From positions 1 through 32,625 of the IMG/VR virus record IMGVR_UViG_3300037156_000269: a stretch of DNA of 32,625 nucleotides. One strand, given 5' to 3'. Within the stretch, counting starts at the first letter, position 1. Every line of letters begins with the position of its first letter. Positions 1 through 9,933 of the stretch are shown here, piece after piece. A model generated the notes under the pieces. The model had not been told where the DNA came from. It saw only the letters and a program-made list of their open reading frames with translations, and ran no database searches. The translations under genes and the position numbers were made by a program. Source of the DNA: a virus (Duplodnaviria; Heunggongvirae; Uroviricota; Caudoviricetes).

Positions 1-416
1 TTAAAACCTCCAGCAAATCTCTCGCCGGCACGACTGATGCGGCACTCAAGAGGTATAACCAATCCGTCATAGAAAAGATCATGCCGAATCGTGCCACTAA
101 ATTGATGGAAAGATTGCGTGATAAATACCCGCACGCCTTCGCTCGCGGGGTAATGAAGACGGCCGAGCCCAGCCTATCGATGGAAGCGAACAATCAATCG
201 GGCTGGAGTATTGGCGATGAGATGCCAGGAACACAGTTGCGCAACAACGCCGAAACTGGTCAGTTCAAAGGCAAGAACTACCGAACTGAAGGCGTTCAAA
301 ATGAAAACAGAGAAATGAAGTCTAGCTTGAAACAAAAAGCTCAGACTGCTCGTGGGGGAACTAATTATGGCGGCTTTCGTGACGGGTTTTCGGGAAAAAA
401 CAGCCCAAAAGAATAG
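1..416 (+). CDS. 5'-truncated hypothetical protein, probable internal head protein (FARGVMKTA motif)
   Basis: Frame 3 is open from the window edge through the listed ATG at 81 to the TAG at 414-416, so the gene probably starts upstream. The product is hydrophilic and basic. Confidence 0.6.
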   Translation, partial: KTSSKSLAGTTDAALKRYNQSVIEKIMPNRATKLMERLRDKYPHAFARGVMKTAEPSLSMEANNQSGWSIGDEMPGTQLRNNAETGQFKGKNYRTEGVQNENREMKSSLKQKAQTARGGTNYGGFRDGFSGKNSPKE

Positions 417-618
417 CGGTTTTACGGCAGGTGCTAAAAAAGTCTGGAACAGCGCTCCCCACCTTGATCAAGCTGGCTTAGGCGCGCTTGCGCTCGCTCC
501 GGCGTATCACGGATATAAAGCCGTGAAGAATAAAGACAAAGGCGAGGGTGCTCTTGCGGCGACTGAGCTCGGTGGTCTTGGGCTTCTTTCTCGCGCGGTG
601 AGCAAAGGGCATAAATAG
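367..618 (+). CDS. Small basic protein with N-terminal FVTGFREKTA motif and two Gly/Ala-rich hydrophobic segments; putative virion internal protein
   Basis: ATG at 367 follows GGGGG-AACTAATT, preferred over GTG 352. Its stop overlaps the GTG of the next gene (TAGTG). Confidence 0.7.
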   Translation: MAAFVTGFREKTAQKNSGFTAGAKKVWNSAPHLDQAGLGALALAPAYHGYKAVKNKDKGEGALAATELGGLGLLSRAVSKGHK

Positions 619-2270
619 TGGCAGCTGATTCGAAGTATATTTTTGATTATTTGAACGACGTCTGGGATCTCCTTCCAGATCAGGACCAGGACCGCTTCGG
701 CGCGTTGTGGAAAGCCTATGAGCAAACGTATGGCTCCGTTTGGATGCAGCAGTTCGACTCCGATCTTGGCAATACAATCCAAAATTTACCTCTGTACAAC
801 ATCCTCCGTTGGATCCAGCACCCGTTTGACTCAACAACGCAAGTCCTTCTGTCAGCTTCTTACACGAGCCCTATAGATTTTAGCGGCACGACGGATCTTG
901 CGGACCGTTACTTGATCAAACTATCGGTAGACGGCGGCACTCCTGTGGAGCTTGATCTTCGTGGGCTTACGCCAGGCGCCACAACTTTGGCCGAAGTCGT
1001 CGCACGCATAAACAGTCTTCTTGGACAGAAAATAGTTTCTCCGACCAACTCGAATCAGTTGTTGAAATTCACCAGCACAACGAGCGGGCCTGGCAGTTCT
1101 CTTACTTTCTACCCCACGTCCAACCCAGCTCGTGACGCGAGCGCCATTGTTCTTGGTCTGGACCCGGTAGCCAATCTTCCGGCCACCTATCCAAAGTTCC
1201 CGTATGCTTATCAGCTTGCGGACACTCGCGTGGTCGGCATCCCGGTTTTGCAGGACGCCATTCAAGACGCCCTGATTACGACTCTTATAGCCCAAAACAC
1301 GGACTACACTGTCCAGTTCGGCACGGGTATTATCTCGTTCGCTGTCCAGCCCCCGGCCGCTATGTGGGCCAAGGACACGCTCATCAACTACGAGACTCCA
1401 TACAATAACTTTGGTTATTTGATGGGGATTTACGATAGCAACACGCCTAATTATCTGAAGATCGTAAAAGGTCTTTGGTTTGCTTTCTGGAACGGACCGA
1501 GCCCGGAAAATATCAAGCGATCGCTCTACCTTCTTTTTGGGTTACCGACGGCGTCGCTACCCGGCACAGTCACTTCTGTTTCTCCGACCACTATTGTCCT
1601 GACCTATACCGACGCGTCGACAGAGACATTCTCAATTCCAGTAGGACTGACAGCCCTGGTGTCGCAGGGGCAGACACTGACTCAATTTCAGCCTTTGATT
1701 ACTGGGATCAACGTTTACGACAAAGTAAACTACCCTGGTTTTTTGCGAAAAGAGCTTGGCCGTCCAGCTGTTCAGCCATTCCTGACTCAATTTGCGACGA
1801 GGGGTTCTGGACCTGATACGGATGAGACAAAGGCCCTGACCATACTTGAGGAAAATACCTATCTTCCTCAGATAAATGTCTACGCGTTTATCTCACCCTC
1901 CATAAATCTCGCGAATGTTTTCACTTTTCTAAAAGAGATTCAGCCGAAGTCCAGGTCATTTCTGTACCAAATTTTGGTAGGGCTCTTTCAAGATCAGCTT
2001 CCTCTTTACGATGAGGGGCTGACGACCGTACCGACAGATCAGTATCCCAACGGCCTTCCGTCGCTCGGTCTCACCATCTCGTTTGACACAACGCCCAACG
2101 TGGATTGGAATGGCAACACGATGGGCGACCTAGACACTTGGACAGAGGCGGAGGATAATCCGTACACTGAACTGATTTTAGATGACGATGTTATTTTGTT
2201 CGGAGACTTTGGGACTGTGAATGTTTACCAAAGCGCGGTTTTGATCGACAGCTTCTCTATCGAAGGGTAA
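618..2270 (+). CDS. Putative baseplate wedge / tail structural protein
   Basis: 550-aa acidic ORF with a helical 'NNFGYLMG...KGLWFAFWNGPSPENIKRSLYLLFGLP' segment resembling baseplate wedge proteins. It lies directly upstream of the fibre genes. Confidence 0.55.
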   Translation: MAADSKYIFDYLNDVWDLLPDQDQDRFGALWKAYEQTYGSVWMQQFDSDLGNTIQNLPLYNILRWIQHPFDSTTQVLLSASYTSPIDFSGTTDLADRYLIKLSVDGGTPVELDLRGLTPGATTLAEVVARINSLLGQKIVSPTNSNQLLKFTSTTSGPGSSLTFYPTSNPARDASAIVLGLDPVANLPATYPKFPYAYQLADTRVVGIPVLQDAIQDALITTLIAQNTDYTVQFGTGIISFAVQPPAAMWAKDTLINYETPYNNFGYLMGIYDSNTPNYLKIVKGLWFAFWNGPSPENIKRSLYLLFGLPTASLPGTVTSVSPTTIVLTYTDASTETFSIPVGLTALVSQGQTLTQFQPLITGINVYDKVNYPGFLRKELGRPAVQPFLTQFATRGSGPDTDETKALTILEENTYLPQINVYAFISPSINLANVFTFLKEIQPKSRSFLYQILVGLFQDQLPLYDEGLTTVPTDQYPNGLPSLGLTISFDTTPNVDWNGNTMGDLDTWTEAEDNPYTELILDDDVILFGDFGTVNVYQSAVLIDSFSIEG

Positions 2271-2278
2271 AATGCCGT

Positions 2279-3097
2279 ATGACGCAAAATGGACGAAAAG
2301 GCCTCAAGGAACGCAACAACTTCCTTGAAGGTAAAGTTGAAATCCTAGCCTACAAGAAGGGCATTCTTTTCTTCCATGATGTTCAGTGGAACCTTCTCTT
2401 ATCTCAAGGGTTGGCTGAGGTTATCAGAACTCTGGTTGTAAGCAGCCCCTCCACCAAACCGCGAATCATAACTCGAATGGCTGTCGGAGATCAGGGTACG
2501 ATTCCTTCTGACTCCACAGTGCCCAAAGTTCCGACTAAAGATCTGCCAGGTCTTTATCATGAGTTTTGCCGTCGAGATGTGGACTCCTCTACCCCAACAC
2601 TGTTCTCTCAGGTCGGCTTCTCTTACACCGGCAACACGATCATCAATACAAACACAATCACTGGACTTTCTTCTACCGTCGGGATCACCCAAGGTATGAT
2701 AGTCCAGGGCACTGGAATTCCTACTGGGACTGTGGTGTCAAATCCCACTCTTTCTCCGACGTCCATCCAGATGTCAAACAACGCAACTTCAAGTAACTCC
2801 TCTATTTCGATATCGTTTCTTGGCACAACAAATCAGTGCGAGTTTGTTGCCACATTCAACGCTGTCGACATTCCCCTGACATCCTTCTCGAACCCAAGCA
2901 GCCCGAGCCTGAACGAAGTGGGCCTTGTGATTATTGATCCCACGGCAAGCGCAGGACTTTCGCGCCCGCCCGTCTACGCTCCCGCGGCGCCACCATCAGA
3001 TGAAGTGGTGCTATCACTTAGAACGTTCCAAAGCGTGCCTTTTGAGGCAGCCAACGATATCTCGGTAACAGTTCGCTACACCATTTTCACGGAGTAA
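2279..3097 (+). CDS. Putative baseplate / tail-fibre attachment protein with an inserted beta-rich domain
   Basis: The pattern 'ITRMAVGDQG...LYHE...FVATF...LNEVGL...RTF..V......V.YTI' resembles the tail-collar/fibre-anchor fold (DUF3751-like). The insert 'TITGLSSTVGITQGMIVQGTGIPTGT...IQMSNNAT' resembles the N-terminal module of 12036 and 13483. Confidence 0.55.
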   Translation: MTQNGRKGLKERNNFLEGKVEILAYKKGILFFHDVQWNLLLSQGLAEVIRTLVVSSPSTKPRIITRMAVGDQGTIPSDSTVPKVPTKDLPGLYHEFCRRDVDSSTPTLFSQVGFSYTGNTIINTNTITGLSSTVGITQGMIVQGTGIPTGTVVSNPTLSPTSIQMSNNATSSNSSISISFLGTTNQCEFVATFNAVDIPLTSFSNPSSPSLNEVGLVIIDPTASAGLSRPPVYAPAAPPSDEVVLSLRTFQSVPFEAANDISVTVRYTIFTE

Positions 3098-3100
3098 CTC

Positions 3101-4384
3101 ATGGCAACTAAAACACCTAATTTAGGCATGGTTCTGCCGGCCAATAATGAGTACTTCAATATTTGGGATCAGCCCCTTAACGGCAACTTATTAATCCTCG
3201 ATACCACCGTAGGCTCATTACAAAATGAAGTTATAGCGGCTCGAGGAAGTGCTGTTGACTTAAATACTCGATTAAACGCCGGACTCAATATAGATGGAAC
3301 ACCGATCGCCCCGGCTGAGGTTGTGGCGGCGCGAAGCTCGACAGTTTACGGACTGCCGGGCCTACTCTCGGATCGTATCGAGGCCGGAGATATTGAAATT
3401 TTCGGAGCAAGACAATCTCTGTCTTCGCTCGAAGACGCCCTTGCCTGGGACGCGGATCAAAATAAAAATAACAGCGTACTATCAGCCGCTACCAACTGCC
3501 TGACCTACACGGGTGCTGTGGTATCGCTGAATGGAAGCGTCACGCCGCACATTGCGAACATCAACGGCTACAGACAGGCTACTCGCACAATCAAGACGAC
3601 CACTATTTCTGGAGCTGCGGGGACTTACTACCTAACTCTCACCAAAACCGGTGGTGGCGAGCAGGTCATAAACGCGGTCACAAGCACAGGAGTTCTTGGA
3701 ACTTATGCGGCGAACAGTCTGGTCGCGAAGCTGACGGACCCTTCACAAAATTTTGCAACCTCCGGAGCAAAGCCAGGAGACGTGCTTACGCTCACAGCGC
3801 CGCTTGGCAACCCCAACCTTGGCAGTTACATTGTTCTTGCGACGTACAATGAGGATCCCACAAACCTTACTGTAAATGATATCGCCATCATTGGACAATT
3901 TGTAAGCACCGGATCAGGATTTAACTACACAATCAACAACCCAGTATCTCCTCAGCTTGGATTTACCGGTACCGCTCACGCGAAATCTTTCGCTCGTGTA
4001 GCGAACACGATCTACATCGGCCGCTGCGTGTTTGATGGGACGAATGTCACAAGCCTGATTAGCTATGCAAATTTAGGCGTCTACAGTGGGTTCACCAGCA
4101 TCACGCTTTCGGGAGGTCTTTACAGCGTCGTCATCCCACACAACTTAGGATATTTTCCATCGAAAGTTCAAATTTTCGGTAGTCAGGCGAGTGACTTCTC
4201 CCAGCCGCTCGACCTGCTTTCCGTAGCGGACTTGTCGGGCGGAGGGTCTTTACAGAGATCGTGTATCGCTCAAATGAGCGATACTCAGCTTCTGGTAAAA
4301 AACCCAACGAGTGGTTTATTCTACAAAGATTTTGGCGGGACAGCGCAAACATCTGGCTTTCTTTACGTAGTAGCGGAGAGATAA
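3101..4384 (+). CDS. Tail fibre / baseplate-associated protein
   Basis: N-terminus 'TPNLGMVLPA...WDQPLNGNLLILD' is a typical fibre anchor, followed by 'ARGS...L..RL' coiled repeats. C-terminal 'IPHNLGYFP' motif. GGAG RBS. Confidence 0.65.
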   Translation: MATKTPNLGMVLPANNEYFNIWDQPLNGNLLILDTTVGSLQNEVIAARGSAVDLNTRLNAGLNIDGTPIAPAEVVAARSSTVYGLPGLLSDRIEAGDIEIFGARQSLSSLEDALAWDADQNKNNSVLSAATNCLTYTGAVVSLNGSVTPHIANINGYRQATRTIKTTTISGAAGTYYLTLTKTGGGEQVINAVTSTGVLGTYAANSLVAKLTDPSQNFATSGAKPGDVLTLTAPLGNPNLGSYIVLATYNEDPTNLTVNDIAIIGQFVSTGSGFNYTINNPVSPQLGFTGTAHAKSFARVANTIYIGRCVFDGTNVTSLISYANLGVYSGFTSITLSGGLYSVVIPHNLGYFPSKVQIFGSQASDFSQPLDLLSVADLSGGGSLQRSCIAQMSDTQLLVKNPTSGLFYKDFGGTAQTSGFLYVVAER

Positions 4385-7300
4385 GTGTCAATTTACAAGT
4401 CAGTCCCGGCTAAAGCGCCTTATAACCACCAAACGTTTAACAACAACAACAATCTTTTAGTTGGTGGTAACGGCGTTCTTGCTGGCGGACTTGTTACGAC
4501 TTCCGGATCTGCTGTCACCATTCAGCCACTGAGCTGGATTCAGAATGGCCTGATCGTCACAAGCGATCAGCCCCTCACCGGCACTCTGCCGCCTTCTTTT
4601 TCGGGCACATATTTTATAGCGGTGACATCGTCGTCTGACTTACAGAACACAGCCGAAGTCATCACGCCAACATTTGTAAAACGACCAGAGGACGTGTCTG
4701 CTGGTACTGTGCTCGTTGCCGAATGGGACGGACAAGAGTGGCGCCAGCTTCCTCTCTTAAGCTCCGAGGGAATCGTTCAGGGCCTTAAGACCAAAACCAT
4801 CGTAGAGGGTTTGGTCGGGATCTCATCTGGGTTCGACATTACCCAGGATTCTTCTCATATTTACATAACACCTGGCGCCGCAAACGCCACTGACGGATCT
4901 CTCGTAGCCAAGCAAGTCGCAACCACTTTAACAAAAGTGGCTGTGGATGCTGACGGACTCGACCGTATTGATGAAGTTGTTTTGCGAAAGCCAGCAGACA
5001 GCCCGACTCGAATCGCAGCTCTTCAGTATCTCGTCGCTCCGACTTTTAACGCAGGCGGGACAGTACAGCTCTTCACTACTAAGTCAGCAAGTGCTGTAGC
5101 GACTCAAGCGGCCAGAATCTTAAATAGTCTTACATCAGATGCTCTGTACCTGTTTGTTGGCGAGGGGACTTCTCCTAGCGTCACGTTGAAATACTTGACC
5201 GCGCCCAACGCCACTACCACACCGACTGCAGTAGGTACCATAGCGACAGGCGTGGACACGTACGACGCTATTTTAAATCCCGATGGCTCCATTGACATTG
5301 TCTACGTCAAAGGCACGAATCTTTACTACCAGCGCATCAGCGTTTTGGGTGTTTCGATTTACGCCGAAGTGGCTGTTTACACGAACCTTAGCGCAATCAC
5401 AAACCCTAAGCTCGTCTCTGTATCTTCGGGAAGTGGCTATTTTCTGCACGTTGTTTTTGAGCGTGTGGTTAGCCTCTCGCAAAGACAGATCGGATATGTC
5501 CGACTGTCTTCCGCAAATACTGTTGAGACGACTTTCCAGGTCCTAGTTGACCTCAGCGCCACGTTAAAGAATCCGTCGCTCGCGAAAGATGACGACGACG
5601 CCGTGTTCTTTTTGGCTTTCGAAAATCAAGATACCGGCGCCGCTTTCCTCCGCACCTACGACACGTCAACGGTAACGGCAACATCCCCGCCACTTCAGGT
5701 GGGGCTCCCGATAACTCTCCAAGACAATACTTACGACTTAAGTACGTCGATGCTGTTGGCAACAACTGGAGCCACAAACCCGGTTGTCCGTCACACAGCA
5801 AATAAAGAAACTTACGTTTTCTGGAGACACAACAAAGGCTCTGGCGTTTATGGCATTGCCGTTTACAACGCGAATTATATCAACACATTTGGATACAAGG
5901 CGCTCGTAAAAGATCTTTATGCTCCGAGCGAAAATGTGGATCAGTTCTACGTGTCCACTGACGCTCTCGGCACCGCGCACTTTTTACTGCGCGAGGCAGG
6001 CGCAGCCGGTGCTGTGAATCTTCGATTGTCTGATTTCGTCGTGAGCGAAGTCCAGCTTGTTCTCGCAGCCGCATGTACAGACGTATCGACAAAATTCAAT
6101 TCCATGGGATCCCTTGTCCATTCTTATGGCACGTCGACTCCTGGAACCTCAATTCTCAAGTCAACCGCAGGCACGATCACGACAATGCGCGATCGGTATT
6201 TGCCGCCAACAGACGTGTACTTCGCGCACTATCGAAATAGCGACGGGGTCATCTCAGTTGCGGGCACGGCCCTGGAAGAAGATCCGTCAATTCGCAGACT
6301 CTACGAATACGGAAATTTATTTGCCGCGACCGGCTCGGTCACGTGGGGAGGCACAGCCACTCACTTACTCGTCATCAACGCCGCGCTCACAATCCACGGC
6401 TTTAACCGCCGCTCGACATACACGATCGCGGCTAACAGTCCCGGCGGAATTAATATTCCAGATGGCTCACTTTGTTATGTGAATCTCCCGGATGCGGATA
6501 ACGGCGCGACACTGACTCTTGAGGTCATTCCGTTTGGTAAGGGAATGCTGGACAGGTACGGCCGCACCGCAATCCCACTTTTCTGGTCTATTGCGGGTGT
6601 GCTCTACACGAAATTTGCCCCCTACCGCTTAGAGGCGGGCGGCGAAACAATTATCGTCGGACAGTCCCTAACCACTGCAGAACGCACATGGCTGGGTCTT
6701 CCGACAACACCAGATCCGACGAACCACGCCTACAGCTCCGATGTCTACGTCACGCAGAGCATGGACTACAACGAGGCCATCGGCGCTCTTGATGCAGCCG
6801 CCGCGGCGACAGCCACAGAGCTAAGTGATTTTTTCGGCCAACTTCTTCTGACTCCACATCCCTCGATCACTTCACGAGTCGTTGTAAGTGGTGCTGACAT
6901 CACGATGCCAGACGGGGTGGTGCGAAGCGAAATTGCCTCCAGCCTGATCATGAATTTTGCTGGGGTGCATTTAGAGTTCGCTGGTGTCGGTGCAGGGAAT
7001 ATCTACGCCAATGATGACACAACGGTTCTCGGTACGTTCATCATGCCGACAATCGCGACCGGTGAGTGGCGCTGGTTCTCAATCACGGCCGCTACCGGAG
7101 CAACTGGTGGTGACAACCGCGTCGCTGTAAATATCACAGTCACGGCAGCCGTGGCAGATGGCGCAAGCCAGTCAGCTGCTGTTAGACCTACATTCTTTAC
7201 TGGCACTCCTATCGGTGCTGTCGCGATTAACGCAACCGGCGTAAGCACCGTAGCTCCTATTGTTAATTCGGATATCGTCCAGATTGGCAGTGGGTCGGGT

Positions 7301-8302
7301 GGTGGCGGAGGCGGTGGAATTCCTAATATCGCCCAAGAGGTGCCGACTTATACAGGCACTCCTGGACAATACACGACTTCACAGGTTCCGTTAAACTCGC
7401 AAAGCACGTGGGTATCAGTAAGCGGTGGATTTTTGCCAGTTGGAACGGCCTGGTCGCTCACCGGCAGTACGATTACATTCAACGCCGGATACGTTCCAAA
7501 TCCAGCCACGCAAAAAGTCTATGTTATTTACGTAGTCACTGGGACTCTGTCGATCGCAGGAGCCCAAGAAACCCCATCCCCCGCTCCTGATGGAACGAAC
7601 CTGACGTTCAACCTCGCTGGGATGCCTTCAAACCTGGCTTCGACATGGGTCACGATCAGCGGCGAAATAATTTCCAACGATCAGTGGAGCCTGGTCCAGA
7701 GCGCCAGCTTAAGCCAGATTGTCTTTAATCCCGGTTCTCAGCCTGCTCTAGGCCAGGAACTCTATGTCCTCTACTTCACTCCGGCCGGAGCTTCTGGCGG
7801 TGGCGGCGGAGGTATTTCGGGTGCTGCTAACCTCGGCGCTAGCGGCGTCGGTGTTTACTACAACCAGGTCGGGAATGTTCTTAATTTCATCAAGATCATC
7901 GCCGGCACAAACCTGGCGTGGGTCAATAACGGGGACGGGTCCTACACCCTCAACGCATCGGGCGGAAGTGGTGGACGCGAAGTCCATGGATCATTTGCAG
8001 CTCCTATTACGATTGACCCCGTGGCTGGGATCACTCCGACGACAGCTCCGCTTCAAGTCTGGTGGGTTGTTCCTAATGCGTCCGGCATTTTCTCGACGTT
8101 CTTTAACGTCGACGGTATCCCTACCGGAACTCAGGTCGTCCTCAAGGGAGCAAGCTCGTCTAACTACTTAACAATTGCCGATATTCTCGTACAACCATCG
8201 TCGAATGCGTCGCAGAACGGACTCGTCAATCTGACCGATCAACAATCGATTACATACTCATTTGATGGTACAATCTGGAGCGAAGACGCAAGAAGACTTT
8301 AG
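4385..8302 (+). CDS. Large tail fibre / receptor-binding scaffold protein (1305 aa, no signal peptide)
   Basis: GTG start immediately after the previous TAA. Beta-rich multidomain protein with poly-Gly linkers, two tandem 'QE.P....STWV..SG......WSL.....I.FN.G..P.....YV.Y' domains, and a C-terminal domain ending WSEDARRL. Confidence 0.7.
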   Translation: MSIYKSVPAKAPYNHQTFNNNNNLLVGGNGVLAGGLVTTSGSAVTIQPLSWIQNGLIVTSDQPLTGTLPPSFSGTYFIAVTSSSDLQNTAEVITPTFVKRPEDVSAGTVLVAEWDGQEWRQLPLLSSEGIVQGLKTKTIVEGLVGISSGFDITQDSSHIYITPGAANATDGSLVAKQVATTLTKVAVDADGLDRIDEVVLRKPADSPTRIAALQYLVAPTFNAGGTVQLFTTKSASAVATQAARILNSLTSDALYLFVGEGTSPSVTLKYLTAPNATTTPTAVGTIATGVDTYDAILNPDGSIDIVYVKGTNLYYQRISVLGVSIYAEVAVYTNLSAITNPKLVSVSSGSGYFLHVVFERVVSLSQRQIGYVRLSSANTVETTFQVLVDLSATLKNPSLAKDDDDAVFFLAFENQDTGAAFLRTYDTSTVTATSPPLQVGLPITLQDNTYDLSTSMLLATTGATNPVVRHTANKETYVFWRHNKGSGVYGIAVYNANYINTFGYKALVKDLYAPSENVDQFYVSTDALGTAHFLLREAGAAGAVNLRLSDFVVSEVQLVLAAACTDVSTKFNSMGSLVHSYGTSTPGTSILKSTAGTITTMRDRYLPPTDVYFAHYRNSDGVISVAGTALEEDPSIRRLYEYGNLFAATGSVTWGGTATHLLVINAALTIHGFNRRSTYTIAANSPGGINIPDGSLCYVNLPDADNGATLTLEVIPFGKGMLDRYGRTAIPLFWSIAGVLYTKFAPYRLEAGGETIIVGQSLTTAERTWLGLPTTPDPTNHAYSSDVYVTQSMDYNEAIGALDAAAAATATELSDFFGQLLLTPHPSITSRVVVSGADITMPDGVVRSEIASSLIMNFAGVHLEFAGVGAGNIYANDDTTVLGTFIMPTIATGEWRWFSITAATGATGGDNRVAVNITVTAAVADGASQSAAVRPTFFTGTPIGAVAINATGVSTVAPIVNSDIVQIGSGSGGGGGGGIPNIAQEVPTYTGTPGQYTTSQVPLNSQSTWVSVSGGFLPVGTAWSLTGSTITFNAGYVPNPATQKVYVIYVVTGTLSIAGAQETPSPAPDGTNLTFNLAGMPSNLASTWVTISGEIISNDQWSLVQSASLSQIVFNPGSQPALGQELYVLYFTPAGASGGGGGGISGAANLGASGVGVYYNQVGNVLNFIKIIAGTNLAWVNNGDGSYTLNASGGSGGREVHGSFAAPITIDPVAGITPTTAPLQVWWVVPNASGIFSTFFNVDGIPTGTQVVLKGASSSNYLTIADILVQPSSNASQNGLVNLTDQQSITYSFDGTIWSEDARRL

Positions 8303-8332
8303 GAAATAAAAAGACCCAAGGAGGGTTTGTCT

Positions 8333-9874
8333 ATGAAGAGTTTAATGATTTTTGTTGCGGCGGCGTTGCTGTCCACGACGGCAATGGCAGCTGGTACGCG
8401 GACCCTAGACGGTCAGCAAATCACAAACGGGGCCGCGATCCTTACGTTACCAAGCGGAAGCTCAGATACGCTGGTCGGCCGTGCTACGACAGACACCCTG
8501 ACAAATAAAACTCTGACATCTCCGGCCATCACAACTCCGACAGGAATTGTGAAAGGTGACGTCGGTCTCGGAAACGTTGACAACACAAGTGACGTGAATA
8601 AACCAGTATCATCGGCGACAACGACAGCCCTCGGACTGAAAGTAAACACTTCAGCGGTTGGTGCCAGCTCAGGCGTCGCATCTCTGGATTCTGGCGGCAA
8701 GATTCCACTCGGTCAGTTGCCAGCTTCACTTATGGAATATCAGGGCACATATAATGCCTCAACAAACACTCCGACTCTCGTGGACGGAACTGGAACCTCT
8801 GGCTATTTCTACCGCGTCAACACCGCAGGCACGCAAAACTTTGGTTCGGGTTCACAGACATTCGTTGTCGGTGACTGGGTCATGTACAACGGAGCTATTT
8901 GGCAACTCGCGCACGCGGGTGCTGATGCAGTCGTGACAGTGAATGGTTCTGCAGGTGTGGTTACGGTCAACGCTATCAACCAGCTGACCGGTGACGTCAC
9001 TGCGGGTCCGGCTTCAGGATCGGCGAGTGCTGCGGGTACCGTTGTTAAAGTCAACGGTGGCTCCATCCCCGTGTCAAAAACCATCGTGGGAACAAACGGC
9101 AGCGGTCAAGTCATTGACGCTTCGTCTGCAACTCTCGCGAACAACACCACGGGAACTGCGGCCAACATTACAGGCACCTCTAACTCGACTATTACAACCT
9201 TAAGCTCGCTCTCCCTCCCGGGAGCTCAAGTAACAGGTAACATTTCAGGCAACGCCGCAAATATCTCGGCGACATCGAACAGCACTCTGACGACTTTGAG
9301 CTCGCTCTCTCTTCCTGGCACACAGGTCAGCGGTAACATCAGCGGTAATGCCGCGAACGTCACTGGAACTGTAGGTCCTGGTAACGGCGGACTCGGAGTC
9401 GCCAATCCCACGGCCAACGGCATCCTCGTGGGTCAAGGCTCAAGCAACGTGTCCTCGGTTACGTGTTCGAATTCCGGATACGTCCTGTCTTGGAGTGGAT
9501 CAGCTTGGGCGTGTATCGCACCTCCTTCTAGCTCTCCTAGTTTAAACGGTGGCTCAGGATCTCCCGAGTCTGTGACCGCAGGTGGTGGTATATCGCTGAG
9601 TGCTGTCGTTTCCTCTAACCTGGTCTGGGTTGCTGGTTCTGGTGGAGCGGTCATAGTAACTAAGACTCCCTCTGTTACAGCTGGAACTGCTGATGGACAA
9701 AAACTAAATATTGTAGGAACTTCTGCGACCAACACAGTGACCCTACAGGATCAAGCTAATCTGGCTTCCAGCGGTCTAAGTCTGAACGGTAACTGGGTGG
9801 GTGGAAAAGATAGCAACTTGAGTTTACATTGGGACGCAACTCAGTCTTTATGGGTTGAAGATTCTCGCCGATAA
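8333..9874 (+). CDS. Tail-fibre-like protein 1 with Sec signal peptide
   Basis: AAGGAGG RBS 8 nt before ATG 8333. Signal MKSLMIFVAAALLSTTAMA|AG. Fibre motifs KGDVGLGNVDNTSDVNKPVS, GVASLDSGGKIPLGQLP and YQGTYNASTNTPTL...VGDWVMYNGAIW. C-terminal domain ends WVEDSRR. Confidence 0.8.
   Translation: MKSLMIFVAAALLSTTAMAAGTRTLDGQQITNGAAILTLPSGSSDTLVGRATTDTLTNKTLTSPAITTPTGIVKGDVGLGNVDNTSDVNKPVSSATTTALGLKVNTSAVGASSGVASLDSGGKIPLGQLPASLMEYQGTYNASTNTPTLVDGTGTSGYFYRVNTAGTQNFGSGSQTFVVGDWVMYNGAIWQLAHAGADAVVTVNGSAGVVTVNAINQLTGDVTAGPASGSASAAGTVVKVNGGSIPVSKTIVGTNGSGQVIDASSATLANNTTGTAANITGTSNSTITTLSSLSLPGAQVTGNISGNAANISATSNSTLTTLSSLSLPGTQVSGNISGNAANVTGTVGPGNGGLGVANPTANGILVGQGSSNVSSVTCSNSGYVLSWSGSAWACIAPPSSSPSLNGGSGSPESVTAGGGISLSAVVSSNLVWVAGSGGAVIVTKTPSVTAGTADGQKLNIVGTSATNTVTLQDQANLASSGLSLNGNWVGGKDSNLSLHWDATQSLWVEDSRR
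9158..9365 (+). repeat. Tandem 96-nt (32-aa) coding repeat, about 2.2 copies
   Basis: AANITGTSNSTITTLSSLSLPGAQVTGNISGN / AANISATSNSTLTTLSSLSLPGTQVSGNISGN / AANVTG. Confidence 0.85.
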
Positions 9875-9893
9875 TCTTTAAACAAACTACGAT

Positions 9894-9920
9894 GCCCTCT
9901 ATAACGAGGGCTTATTTTCT
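9894..9920 (+). terminator. Intrinsic terminator/attenuator between secreted fibre genes 1 and 2
   Basis: GCCCTC-TATAAC-GAGGGC hairpin followed by TTATTTTCT. Confidence 0.6.
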
Positions 9921-9933
9921 ATCGGGAGACGAA

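Noticed and set aside
4439-4453. AAC trinucleotide run and the various GGT/GGC runs as phase-variable microsatellites
   Set aside because: They are in-frame triplets coding poly-Asn or poly-Gly, often with mixed codons, so slippage would not switch frame.
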